Origin: Burkholderiales bacterium
GTDB taxonomy: Bacteria; Pseudomonadota; Gammaproteobacteria; Burkholderiales; SG8-39
Assembly (NCBI GenBank): GCA_027493935.1
Contig: JAOSJV010000010.1
Location: 814,483-878,482 of the forward strand
Length of the DNA: 64,000 nucleotides
Direction of reading: 5' to 3'
The position numbers were made by a program, and so were the translations under genes. Numbering within the stretch: position 1 is the stretch's first letter; each line of letters begins with the position of its first letter. Below, piece after piece: positions 42,054 through 54,112 of this stretch. A model generated the notes under the pieces. The model saw nothing but the letters and a program-made list of their open reading frames with translations, was not told the DNA's origin and did no database searches.

Positions 42054-42314
42054 CGCGATCGGCCGCTCGACCCCCGGTCAGCGCTGCTTGCGTTCGTCGC
42101 CTGGCCGGGGCGCCGCGGGCGCCCCGTCGCGCCGGTTCACGTTCTTGCTCTCGTCGGCGAACACGAAACGCCCGGCGAGGATGCACCCTTCATGCCGAGC
42201 TCGCAGCGGCGGCCGCGCACGCGCGCGCACGTGTCGTCGGCATTGAGGTGCGGACAGCTCCAGGCACTCATCGGTCGGCTCCCTGCCAGCGATGCGCCAG
42301 CTGGCCCGCCCTAG

Positions 42315-43506
42315 GGAAACTCTGAAAAACCCATCACTTCGTCATCCCGATGAAGGCATAGACGTTGAATCGGCATGGGACGACGGAGCGAAGAGAAGAT
42401 GAAACAGATCTCGATGTCGATGACCGGCTACTTCGACAAGGGCAAGAGGACGCGCCGAGAGCGCTTCCTGGCCGAGATGGAGCAGGTGGTGCCCTGGGGG
42501 CGTCTTTGCGCGCTGATCGAGCCGCGTTACCCCAAGGGCAGTGCGGCAGGCGGTCGTCCGCCGCTGCCCCTGGAGCGCATGTTTCGCATCTACTGCCTGC
42601 AGCAGTGGTACGACCTGTCTGATCCGGGTGCCGAAGAAGCCCTCTACGACTCGATCACGATGCGTCGGTTCGCCGGCGTGAGCACCGATGAGGACGTGAT
42701 TCCTGATGAGACCTCGATCCTCAACTTTCGCCGGCTGCTGGAGAAGCATCAGTTGACCGAGCGGCTGCTCGCCGAGATTAACGCGCACCTCTCGGAGCGC
42801 GGGCTGTTCGTGGGCAAGGGCACGATCGTCGATGCCACGATCATCAATGCGCCGTCTTCGACGAAGAATGCCAAGAAGCAGCGCGACCCGCAGATGCACC
42901 AGACGAGAAAGGGCAAGCAGTGGTACTTCGGCATGAAGGTGCACACCGGAACCGATGCCGACTCGGGGCTGGTGCACACGGTGAAAGGCACCGCGGCCAA
43001 TGTCGCCGATGTGAACGTTCTGGGCGAACTGCTGCATGGGCACGAAGAGCGCCTGCATGGTGATTCGGCCTATCACTCCAAAGAACTCAAGGCCCAGGCC
43101 GAGGCCAGTGGGATCGAGTTTGCGGTCAACCAGCGCGGCACCAAGACTCGCCCGCTCACCCAGGCGCAGCGGCTTCGCAACCGGCGCCTGTCGCGGATTC
43201 GCGCGGTGGTCGAGCATCCGTTCCTGGTGGTCAAGCGCCTGTGGGGGCATGCGAAGGTGCGCTACCGCGGAATCGCCAAGAATCTCGCGCAGATGAACAC
43301 CTTGTTCGGGCTGGCCAACCTGTACCGGGTTCGATACCGGTTGTTGAGTCCATAGGAGAGGTGCGTCCATGATCGGCGCAAATGGCAGCAAGCGGGTTCA
43401 GAAAGGCAACCAAACGAGACGCGGATCGCCTTCGTGCCGCACCTCGAACCTCGATACCGCAATGTGCAATCACTGTCGTCTCTAAACCCGGAAATTCAGA
43501 GCTTCC
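42315..43506 (+). mobile_element. IS5-family insertion sequence (1192 bp) with a CTAG target duplication
   Basis: Terminal IRs GGAAACTCTGAA... and (reverse complement of the right end) GGAAGCTCTGAA.... Flanked by CTAG at 42311-42314 and 43507-43510. Confidence 0.9.
42399..43355 (+). CDS. IS5-family DDE transposase
   Basis: Colinear with the IS5 transposase: RERFLAEMEQVVPW...GRPPLPLERMFRIYCLQQWYDLSDPGAEEALYDS...ILNFRRLLEKHQL...GTIVDATIINAPSSTKN...RDPQMHQTRKGKQWYFGMKVHTGTDADSGLVH...HGDSAYH...VEHPFLVVKRLWGHAKVRYRGIAKN. An alternative ATG start is at 42375. Confidence 0.9.
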   Translation: MKQISMSMTGYFDKGKRTRRERFLAEMEQVVPWGRLCALIEPRYPKGSAAGGRPPLPLERMFRIYCLQQWYDLSDPGAEEALYDSITMRRFAGVSTDEDVIPDETSILNFRRLLEKHQLTERLLAEINAHLSERGLFVGKGTIVDATIINAPSSTKNAKKQRDPQMHQTRKGKQWYFGMKVHTGTDADSGLVHTVKGTAANVADVNVLGELLHGHEERLHGDSAYHSKELKAQAEASGIEFAVNQRGTKTRPLTQAQRLRNRRLSRIRAVVEHPFLVVKRLWGHAKVRYRGIAKNLAQMNTLFGLANLYRVRYRLLSP

Positions 43507-44837
43507 CTAGGCAAGCGCGCAGGTGCGAAAGCCCGCATACACATCGTTGCGATGCGGCGGGAAGTAGTTGCGCAGGGTGTTGCGGGTGAAGCGCGGCCGC
43601 GTCGCCCACGCGCCGCCCTTCAGCACCTTGCGGTAGCCGAACCACGGCGCCGAGTACTCCTTGTACGGGAAATCGATCACGAATCCCGGATACGGGTAGA
43701 AAGGCGTCGCGGTCCACTCCCACACGTTGCCGATCATCTGGCGGCAGCCGTGCGCGCTGTCGCCGGCGGCGAAGGCAGCGACGTCGGCGCAGCCCATGGT
43801 CGGCGCGTCCAGATTGGCTCGCGCGACGTCCGGGTCGGCGTCGCCCCACGGGTACCTTCGCTTGCTCGCCTCGGCACCGGCGGCATCTGCCGTGGCGCTC
43901 GCGGCGAACTCCCACTCGGCCTCGGTCGGCAACCGCCGCCCGGCCCAGTTGCAGTAAGCCTCGGCCTCGTACCACGTGACGTGGGCCACCGGAGCGTGCG
44001 GCTCGAGCTCGCGCATGCGGTCGAAATCGCGGCGCAACCACCCGCCGTCGCTGCGCTGCCAGTACACCGGGTGCTGCGCTCCGGTTCGGGCGCGCCAGCC
44101 CCAGCCCTGGCGGCTCCACAGCGCGCGCTTCAAATACCCGCCGTCCTCGACGAACGCGCAGAACTCGGCATTGGTCACCGGCGCGCGCGCGATCCGGAAC
44201 GGCGCCACCTCGACCGGGTGCGCCCACTTCTCGTTGTCGAACACGAACGGCGCGTCCTGGCTGGCACCGAGCGCGAAAGCGCCGCCGGCAATCATCGCGT
44301 CGCCGGGCAAGGGCCCCGCCTCCTTCATCGGCGGCGCATTGCCGCCGGCGCGGAAGCGCGGCGCCGGGTAGCCGAGCGTCTGGCGCATGTAGGTGAACGC
44401 CTCGCAGTGCATGTCGGAGTGTGCGAGCGCGAGAAGGTGCAAGTAGGTCTCGACCCGGATCCTCGGCGGCGTGCGCGAGACGCTCGAGCACCGCGTCCTT
44501 CACCCGCTCCATGTACTCGAGCGTGCCGCGCCGGTCGGGCAGGTCGAGCCGCCAGCGCTCGTCGTGGTCCACGCTGAACGAATCGTACAGATCATCGCCC
44601 CGGGCCATGATCGGCGGCCGCCGCGCGTCGAGCAAGCGCAGCACGAACACGTCGTAGAAGAACGCGCAGTGGCCGAGCTCCCCAGCGGAAGGGGTTCACC
44701 ACCTCGAGCAGCGGCACCTCGAGCTGCGCATCGTGCAGGTCGGCGATGCAGCCGAGCGTGCGCTCGTGCGCCTCGGCGACCATCTCCGCCAGGCGCTCTG
44801 GCGGGAGCGTGAAGCGCTTGTCCGCGAGTCGTTCCAT
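43507..44837 (-). pseudogene. egtB: Ergothioneine biosynthesis sulfoxide synthase EgtB (DinB-like plus FGE-sulfatase domains); two frame breaks
   Basis: It reads across three listed minus-strand ORFs. The segments are: MERLADKRFTL...LEVVNPFRW | (ELGHCAF)FYDVFVLRLLDARRPPIMARGDDLYDSFSVDHDERW...LAHAAEDP | ..ETYLHLLALAHSDMHCEAFTYMRQTL...NAEFCAFV...HVTWYEAEAYCNWAGRRLPTEAEWEFAA...GNVWEWTATPF...KVLKGGAWAT. The breaks are at C4 44680-44683 and around 44454-44458. Confidence 0.85.
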
Positions 44838-44964
44838 CCTCCGCCTCCTGCCTGGGCGCCAAACTTTTCAGTGTTGCGCATGCGGGTCGCCCGGTCTGTG
44901 ATCTCGGTCGTCCGGCGCGGCCGCGGCGGCGCGCGGCCCGCAACCCAACGGGAAGTGCTAGTAT

Positions 44965-45200
44965 GCCCCGGTCGCGGGGAAGAGTGCGGCCCCGGGGTTC
45001 CCGAGCAGCCGCCGCCGAAGGCGCAAGCGCCCGCAATCGCTCAGGCGAGAGTACTCCACGACCGGGGGCGGCGTTCGCCCCGCAACTCTGGAGAGCGGCG
45101 AGCCGGGGCTCGCCCACCGAAGGGGCACGCGGCGCGCGGCCGGTGGTGATCCCGGCCGGTGGTGCGACCGTAAACTCTCAGGTCAAAGGACAGAGGGGTG
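44965..45200 (+). promoter_or_regulatory. Tandem glycine riboswitch (two aptamers) in the gcvT leader
   Basis: Aptamer 1: GGGAAGAG...GCCGCCGAAGGCGCAA...CTCAGGCGAGAGTAC. Aptamer 2: CTCTGGAGAG...CACCGAAGGGGCA...CTCTCAGGTCAAAGGACAGAG. These match the conserved GGAGAG / ACCGAAGGGGCAA / CUCAGGCAAAAGGAC cores, upstream of gcvTHP as in many bacteria. Confidence 0.8.
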
Positions 45201-45228
45201 ATCCGGGAAGACCGGCATCGCCCCTTTT
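45195..45228 (+). terminator. Riboswitch expression platform: GC-rich hairpin plus T4 (intrinsic terminator)
   Basis: GGGGTGATCCGG-GAAGA-CCGG(C)ATCGCCCC followed by TTTT. The 5' arm overlaps the 3' end of aptamer 2 (ACAGAGGGG), consistent with a glycine-ON switch. Confidence 0.6.
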
Positions 45229-45237
45229 CGTTCGCGG

Positions 45238-46349
<1,112 letters not shown>

Positions 46350-46364
46350 ACCCCGGCCCGCTCT

Positions 46365-46531
46365 TTCCCCCTCTTCAAGGGGTGCCGGCGAAGCCGGCGG
46401 GGTGGTTGCTGCGATTGCAGTTTGCAGGGCGCGCACCACCCCGGCCGCTCGCGCGGCCACCCATCCTCGGGGAGGAAGGGACAGAAACGCACGGCGCGTC
46501 GCAGCACGGCACCCCTCGGAGAGGAGGGGAC
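46365..46531. repeat. SD/anti-SD hairpin palindromic element, copy B (gcvT-gcvH spacer)
   Basis: Left arm TTTCCCCCTCTTCAAGGGGTGCCGGCGAAGCCGGCGGGGTGGTTGC. Right arm GCGCACCACCCCGGCCGCTCGCGCGGCCACCCATCCTCGGGGAGGAAGGGA. An extra hairpin CGGCACCCCTCGGAGAGGAGGGGAC follows. Confidence 0.75.
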
Positions 46532-46559
46532 TCAGATCGCCCTACGTCGGAGACCAGCA

Positions 46560-46952
46560 ATGAACGTACCCGAGAACTTGAAGTACACCCCCGAGCACGA
46601 ATGGGTCCGCGCCGAAGCCGATGGCACGGTGACCGTCGGCATCACCGACCATGCGCAGAGCGCGCTGGGCGACCTCGTCTTCGTCGAGGTGCCGGAGGTG
46701 GGACGCACGCTGGCTGCGAACGAGGCGTGCTGCGTGGTCGAGTCGGTCAAGGCCGCCTCCGACGTCTACTCGCCGATCGCGGGCGAGGTGGTCGACTCGA
46801 ACGCCGCCATCGCCGACGCGCCGGAGAAAGTGAACCAGGATCCCTACAACGCGTGGCTCTTCAGGCTGAAGCCCGCCGACGAGGGCGACGTGGCGAAGCT
46901 GCTCGACGCCGCGGCATACCGGAAGGCAGTCGCAGCGGGCGGGGAAGGCTGA
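46560..46952 (+). CDS. gcvH: Glycine cleavage system H protein
   Basis: ATG 46560 ([17 protein letters not shown]...). Lipoyl-lysine motif [20 protein letters not shown]. Confidence 0.95.
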   Translation: MNVPENLKYTPEHEWVRAEADGTVTVGITDHAQSALGDLVFVEVPEVGRTLAANEACCVVESVKAASDVYSPIAGEVVDSNAAIADAPEKVNQDPYNAWLFRLKPADEGDVAKLLDAAAYRKAVAAGGEG

Positions 46953-46953
46953 G

Positions 46954-49848
<2,895 letters not shown>

Positions 49849-49872
49849 GCGGGCGCGGGCAGCACCGCACGC

Positions 49873-50778
49873 GTGCCCGGGCGCAGTCAGCGAAGCGCAC
49901 CGCGGCCGCGTGGCGCCGCGGGCCCGCTCTTCCTCGGCGTGGACTTCACTTCCGCGCCGCGCCGCGCGAAGCCGATCACGGTCGCCCGCGGGCGCCTGGC
50001 GGGCGATGCGCTCGCCATCGATGCGATCGAGCGGCTCCCCGACTGGGCAAGCTTCGAGCAGCTGCTCGCGCGCCCCGGCCCGTGGGTCGGCGGCTTAGAC
50101 TTTCCGTTCGGCCTGCCGCGCGAGCTGGTGCGCGATCTCGGCTGGCCGCGAACGTGGCCCGCGCTCGTGCGCCACTGCGCCGCGCTCGGGCGCGAGCGCT
50201 TTCGCGCGGCGCTCGACGCGTACCGGATGCGCCGGCCGGCGGGCGCCAAGTACGCGCACCGCGCGACCGACGTTCCGGCGCGCTCGTCGAGCCCGATGAA
50301 GCTCGTCAACCCGCCGGTCGGGCTGATGTTCTTCGAGGGCGCGCCGCGCCTGCTCGCCGCGGGTCTTGCCATCCCGACGCTCGCGCCGGGCCGCCGGTCA
50401 GCCGACGCACGCCGCGTCGCGCTCGAGACCTATCCCGGACTCCTCGCCCGCGCGATCACTCGCGCACCGTACAAGAACGACGCCCCGGCGATGCAGACGG
50501 CGGAGCGTGCTGCGGCGCGGCGCCGCATCCTCGCCACGATCCGTTCGAATGCGAGCCCGCTCGGCATCCGGCTCGAGGCGAGCCGCACCCTCCTGCGGGC
50601 GATGCGCGCGGACGCGACCGGCGACACCCTGGACGCGGCGCTCTGCGCGCTCCTCGCCGCGTGGGGCTGGCGCCGCCGGCGTGCGAACTACGGCATGCCG
50701 CACCACGTCGACCCGCTCGAGTGCTGGATCATCGGCGCGGGCGCGCGCTGGACGCGCCCGCCGGCGGCCCGATCCTGA
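49873..50778 (+). CDS. DUF429-like hypothetical protein
   Basis: GTG 49873. Sequence FLGVDFTSAP...VGGLDFPFGLPRELV...ETYPGLLAR resembles the DUF429 (predicted RNase H-fold) family. Confidence 0.55.
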   Translation: MPGRSQRSAPRPRGAAGPLFLGVDFTSAPRRAKPITVARGRLAGDALAIDAIERLPDWASFEQLLARPGPWVGGLDFPFGLPRELVRDLGWPRTWPALVRHCAALGRERFRAALDAYRMRRPAGAKYAHRATDVPARSSSPMKLVNPPVGLMFFEGAPRLLAAGLAIPTLAPGRRSADARRVALETYPGLLARAITRAPYKNDAPAMQTAERAAARRRILATIRSNASPLGIRLEASRTLLRAMRADATGDTLDAALCALLAAWGWRRRRANYGMPHHVDPLECWIIGAGARWTRPPAARS

Positions 50779-50872
50779 TCGAGCGGCCGCTCGTCGTGAA
50801 AGACGCGCACCGCCGTCGGCCGCCCGCCGGAGAAGGTGCTCGAGGTGCTGTGAAGCGGTCGCGCCAGCGCGA

Positions 50873-51334
50873 TCAGCGGCCGGCGGTGCGGAACTTCTTG
50901 AGGAAGGCCTCGCGCGCCGCGCCGCTCGGGATCTTCTCGGCCAGCCGCTGGACGAAGTCGCGCGGCCCCGATGCCCGCCCGGTCTCGAGCACCACCAGCC
51001 CGCGGGCGTACATCGCAAACGCCTCGAGCAGCGCCTCGCGCGCGCGGCGCTCGGTCGCCGAATCGACCGGCCGCGGCCGGCCGGCGTCGCGCCGGTCGAA
51101 CGGCGCCTTCGGCAGCCCGGCCGCGCCGTAGGCGCGACGCAGGAAGTCGCGCCGGCTCTCGTCGTCGTTGATGCGCGCGGCCACCGCGTGACACAGGCCC
51201 TGCGGGTCCTTCGCCGCGCGCGTGGCGCGCCGGACCATCGTGAGCGCGTACGCTCCCGCGTAGGGCGTCAAGATCTGCGCGAGGCGCTCGATCAGCGCCG
51301 CGTCGAACGTCTTCTGTGCCTGTGCCTCGCTCAT
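50873..51334 (-). CDS. Hypothetical protein (153 aa) with an apparent internal duplication
   Basis: ATG 51334 (MSEAQAQKTFDAALIERL...). Two segments look similar by eye: ..YAGAYALTMVRRATRAAKDPQGLCHAVAARINDDESRRDFLRRA and ..YARGLVVLETGRASGPRDFVQRLAEKIPSGAAREAFLKKF. No family recognised. Confidence 0.5.
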   Translation of the reverse strand: MSEAQAQKTFDAALIERLAQILTPYAGAYALTMVRRATRAAKDPQGLCHAVAARINDDESRRDFLRRAYGAAGLPKAPFDRRDAGRPRPVDSATERRAREALLEAFAMYARGLVVLETGRASGPRDFVQRLAEKIPSGAAREAFLKKFRTAGR

Positions 51335-51513
51335 GGTGCGCGTTCCTCCCCGGGCGCGCCGGTGGCCCGACATCGGACACGCGGCCGCAGCAACGGATTG
51401 TCCGATCGCCGGACGGAGCCGTCCACTGCAATACGTCACACGCGCTGCTTCGGAACAGCCCCGGGGTGCGGCGTTCGTCCGCCTGGCACGGGGCAAGGTC
51501 TTATCATTGGCGC

Positions 51514-51822
51514 ATGCCGGAGCCGGTCGACGCGCTGCGGATGGCGCTGCTCAGCGTGTGCCGCGACACGCATGCGCCGCTGCATATGATCCACGTCCAC
51601 GTCGAGGACTGGCTCGCCCGGCCGCTCGCGCCGGGCGAGCTCGAGCAGGCGATCGGCGAGCTCGCGCGGGCCGGCCTGCTCGGCGCCTACCGCCGCGAGC
51701 GCTCGGGGTGGACCGCGTTCAGCCTGCCCGAGGCCGCGCCGCTGGAAGAGCTGCGGTTCCTGACCACCGCGGCCGGCGCGGCGGCCGCCTACGCCGCCTG
51801 GCGGCGGTTTTTCGAGGAGTGA
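51514..51822 (+). CDS. Hypothetical protein (102 aa)
   Basis: ATG 51514 (MPEPVDALRMALLSVCRDTHAPLHMIHVHVEDWLARPL...). Protein-like composition. Divergent from the previous gene. No family recognised. Confidence 0.45.
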   Translation: MPEPVDALRMALLSVCRDTHAPLHMIHVHVEDWLARPLAPGELEQAIGELARAGLLGAYRRERSGWTAFSLPEAAPLEELRFLTTAAGAAAAYAAWRRFFEE

Positions 51823-51826
51823 CGCA

Positions 51827-52050
51827 ATGAAAGCGTTCGCGGAGCGCGTTGCGGTGATCACCGGCACGGCGGGCGGTCTGGTCCGCGCGTTCGCTTTCCG
51901 CTTCGCGCGCGAGCGCATGCGGCCCGTGCTCGCCGGAGCCGACTGGCGCTGGGCGTCAACCTGTAGGGCGTGATCCACTTCCCGGACGCGAACAGGCTGA
52001 ACGCGCGGCGGCGCGCGCCGCGGCTCGCGCCGAGCCGGACCTTCGATTCG
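51827..52050 (+). pseudogene. Decayed short-chain dehydrogenase/reductase (SDR) remnant
   Basis: ATG 51827 gives MKAFAERVAVITGTAGGLVRAFAFRFARE (Rossmann TGxxxGxG region). About 100 nt later another frame reads LALGVNL*GVIHF (the SDR NNAG-region motif with an in-frame TAG). The intervening roughly 50 residues and the catalytic YxxxK are missing. Confidence 0.5.
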
Positions 52051-52126
52051 TTTGATCAGCCGCGTAGCGCGAGGCCGCGCGATCGTGCAGACTCCGCGCG
52101 TCCGATTCCGAACGAAGGAGGACCCA

Positions 52127-53101
52127 GTGAAGCGGATCTTCACCCTGCTGACCGCGCTCGCGCTGCTCGCCTGCGCCAACCTCGCCGCGGCGCAGCCCGG
52201 ATTCCCGTCGCGGCCGCTGCGCATCTACGTGCCCTTCCCGCCGGGCGGCGGCACCGACGTGGCTGCGCGCGCGCTCGGCATCGAGCTCGGCAAGAGCCTC
52301 GGCCAGCCGGTCGTGGTGGAGAACCGGCCGGGCGGCAACTCCGTGATCGCCACCGACATCGTCGCCAAGGCGGCGCCGGACGGCCATTCGCTGCTGCTCA
52401 CCACCGACTTTCACGCGATCAACGCGGCGTTCGGCATCCCGCTGCCGTACGATTCGCTCAAGGACTTCACCTTCGTCGCGCGCGTGAGCACCTCGCCGCT
52501 GATGCTCGTCGCGCACCCGTCGACCGGCGCGAAGACGCTCGCCGGGCTCGTCGCCGCGGCCAGGGCGCGCCCCGACCACTACAGCTTCGCCTCGCTCGGC
52601 ACGAGCAGTCCGCACCATCTCGGCTTCGAGTGGTTCAAGTCGCTCGCCGGGATCGGCCTGCTCGACGTGCCGTACAAGGGCGGCGGGCCGGCCTCGGCCG
52701 ACGTGCTGGGCGGCCAGGTGGATCTCATGTTCATCGTCGCAGCGAACGGCATCCGCCACGCGCGCGCCGGCAAGCTCGTCGCGCTCGCGGTGACCGGCCC
52801 GACGCGCGCCACCGCGGCACCCGAGACGCCGACCTTCGCCGAGTCGGGCTACCCCGACTTCGTGATGCTCAACTGGTACGGCATACTCGCGCCGGCCGGC
52901 ACGCCGCCCGAGGTCGTGAAGCGCCTGAACGCCGAGATCGTGAAGGCGCTCGGCGTGCCCGAGGTCGCGCGGCGGCTCGCCGGGGTCGGCGTCGACGCGG
53001 CGCCCACCACGCCGGAGGGGCTCGAAGCGTTCGTGCGAAGCGACATCGACAAGTACCGCCGCATCATCGCGCGCGTCGGCGCGAAGGCCGAGGGGCGGTA
53101 G
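52127..53101 (+). CDS. Bug-family (TctC-like) tripartite tricarboxylate transporter substrate-binding protein
   Basis: AAGGAGG RBS and GTG 52127. A signal peptide, then FPSRPLRIYVPFPPGGGTDVAARAL...VVVENRPGGN...APDGHSLLL...LDVPYKGGGPA, the canonical Bug signature. Confidence 0.9.
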   Translation: MKRIFTLLTALALLACANLAAAQPGFPSRPLRIYVPFPPGGGTDVAARALGIELGKSLGQPVVVENRPGGNSVIATDIVAKAAPDGHSLLLTTDFHAINAAFGIPLPYDSLKDFTFVARVSTSPLMLVAHPSTGAKTLAGLVAAARARPDHYSFASLGTSSPHHLGFEWFKSLAGIGLLDVPYKGGGPASADVLGGQVDLMFIVAANGIRHARAGKLVALAVTGPTRATAAPETPTFAESGYPDFVMLNWYGILAPAGTPPEVVKRLNAEIVKALGVPEVARRLAGVGVDAAPTTPEGLEAFVRSDIDKYRRIIARVGAKAEGR

Positions 53102-53149
53102 ACCGCCGATCGGTCGCGAGGCGGGCTCGCACTGCGGCGCCGGCCGTCG

Positions 53150-53339
53150 ACCACGCAGCCGAGCGCGCGTGGTGCCGGTTGCCGCGGCTGACGCCGAGCG
53201 CGGCGAGCCCGGCGGTGAGGCGACGCGCGTCGCCGGCGAGCCGCGCTTGACCGACTGGCCGTTCGCGGTCGAAGAGCGCCAGCGCGTCCAGGTGCGCCGC
53301 CGCGCGCGCATCGATAAACGCGGCGAGAGTCGCGGCCAT
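53150..53339 (-). pseudogene. N-terminal remnant of an AMP-dependent acyl-CoA synthetase/ligase
   Basis: MAATLAAFIDARAAAHLDALALFDRERPVGQARLAGDARRLTAGLAALGVSRGNR matches the first roughly 55 residues of AMP-binding enzymes (..TyaeL...a.rlAaaL.alGv..Gd.V). It then degenerates. No AMP-binding core follows. Confidence 0.45.
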
Positions 53340-53360
53340 GCCCGGCGGCGCGCGCTACTG

Positions 53361-54011
53361 CTACTTCTTGCGCAGCGCCTCGGCCGCGGTCTTCCGGTCC
53401 GCCGCGACCCGCTGGAACGCCGGCCGCTCGCCGAGCGCCTTCAGGTAGGTCTTCGCCTGAGGCAGCAGCTCGTCGACCAGGTCGCGGCCCAGGACGAGCC
53501 GCGTCACGGTCGCCACGAGCGGCAGGTGGACGAAGGCGCAGACGTCGGCGAGCGTGAGCTCCGCGCCGGCGATCATCGGCGCGAACTTCGCGAGCCGGGC
53601 GAGCGCCGCGAGCCCCTTCGCGAGCTCGCGCTCGACCTGGGCCTTCGATTCGTCCGACAGCGTGCCGCCGTAGAACGCCTGCTTGTGCAGGCGGCGGGAG
53701 ACGAGCTCGACGTGGAGCTCGACGTAGCTCACGAGTTCGCGCACCTTGGCGCGTTCCCACGGATCCCGCGGATAGAGCGGCCGCTCCGGGTAGACGTCCT
53801 CGAGGTACTCGCAGATCGCCTGCGACTCGGTGAGCGTGCGCCCGTCGACCTCGACCCAGGGCACCTTGCCCATCGCCGAGCGCTCGAGGTAGGCCGCGTC
53901 CTGCGACGGGACGCGGGCGTCGTCCTCCGCGAACTCGACGCCCTTCTCGAGGAGCGCGAGCCGCACCTTGTTGTGGTAGTTGCTGATCCGGACGCCGCAG
54001 AGCTTCAGCAT
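53361..54011 (-). CDS. Glutathione S-transferase
   Basis: 216 aa. N-terminal thioredoxin-like domain (MLKLCGVRISNYHNKVRLALLEKG...GKVPWVEVDGRTLTESQAICEYL) and a helical C-terminal domain. Confidence 0.85.
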   Translation of the reverse strand: MLKLCGVRISNYHNKVRLALLEKGVEFAEDDARVPSQDAAYLERSAMGKVPWVEVDGRTLTESQAICEYLEDVYPERPLYPRDPWERAKVRELVSYVELHVELVSRRLHKQAFYGGTLSDESKAQVERELAKGLAALARLAKFAPMIAGAELTLADVCAFVHLPLVATVTRLVLGRDLVDELLPQAKTYLKALGERPAFQRVAADRKTAAEALRKK

Positions 54012-54030
54012 GGCGGCTTGTTCTCCTCGG

Positions 54031-54112
54031 GGCCGTTGGCGGTTGGCGGTTCGACGAAGTCTGCACGCTGGCGCCGCGCCGCCTGCTGCCCGCTATCCAC
54101 GGTCAACTCACA
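54031..54112. repeat. Heptad-armed palindromic intergenic element, copy d
   Basis: Left arm GGCCGTTGGCGGTTGGCGGTTCGACG shares GTTGGCGGTTGGC with copy a. Right arm CCTGCTGCCCGCTATCCACGGTCAAC shares CTGCTGCCC and CCCGCTATCCAC with copies b and c. It overlaps the ACAD stop at 54108. Confidence 0.65.

Noticed and set aside
42342-43391. A 349-aa minus-strand ORF covering the IS5 element.
   Set aside because: It is antisense to an unmistakable IS5 transposase, has no motifs, and is a typical shadow ORF.
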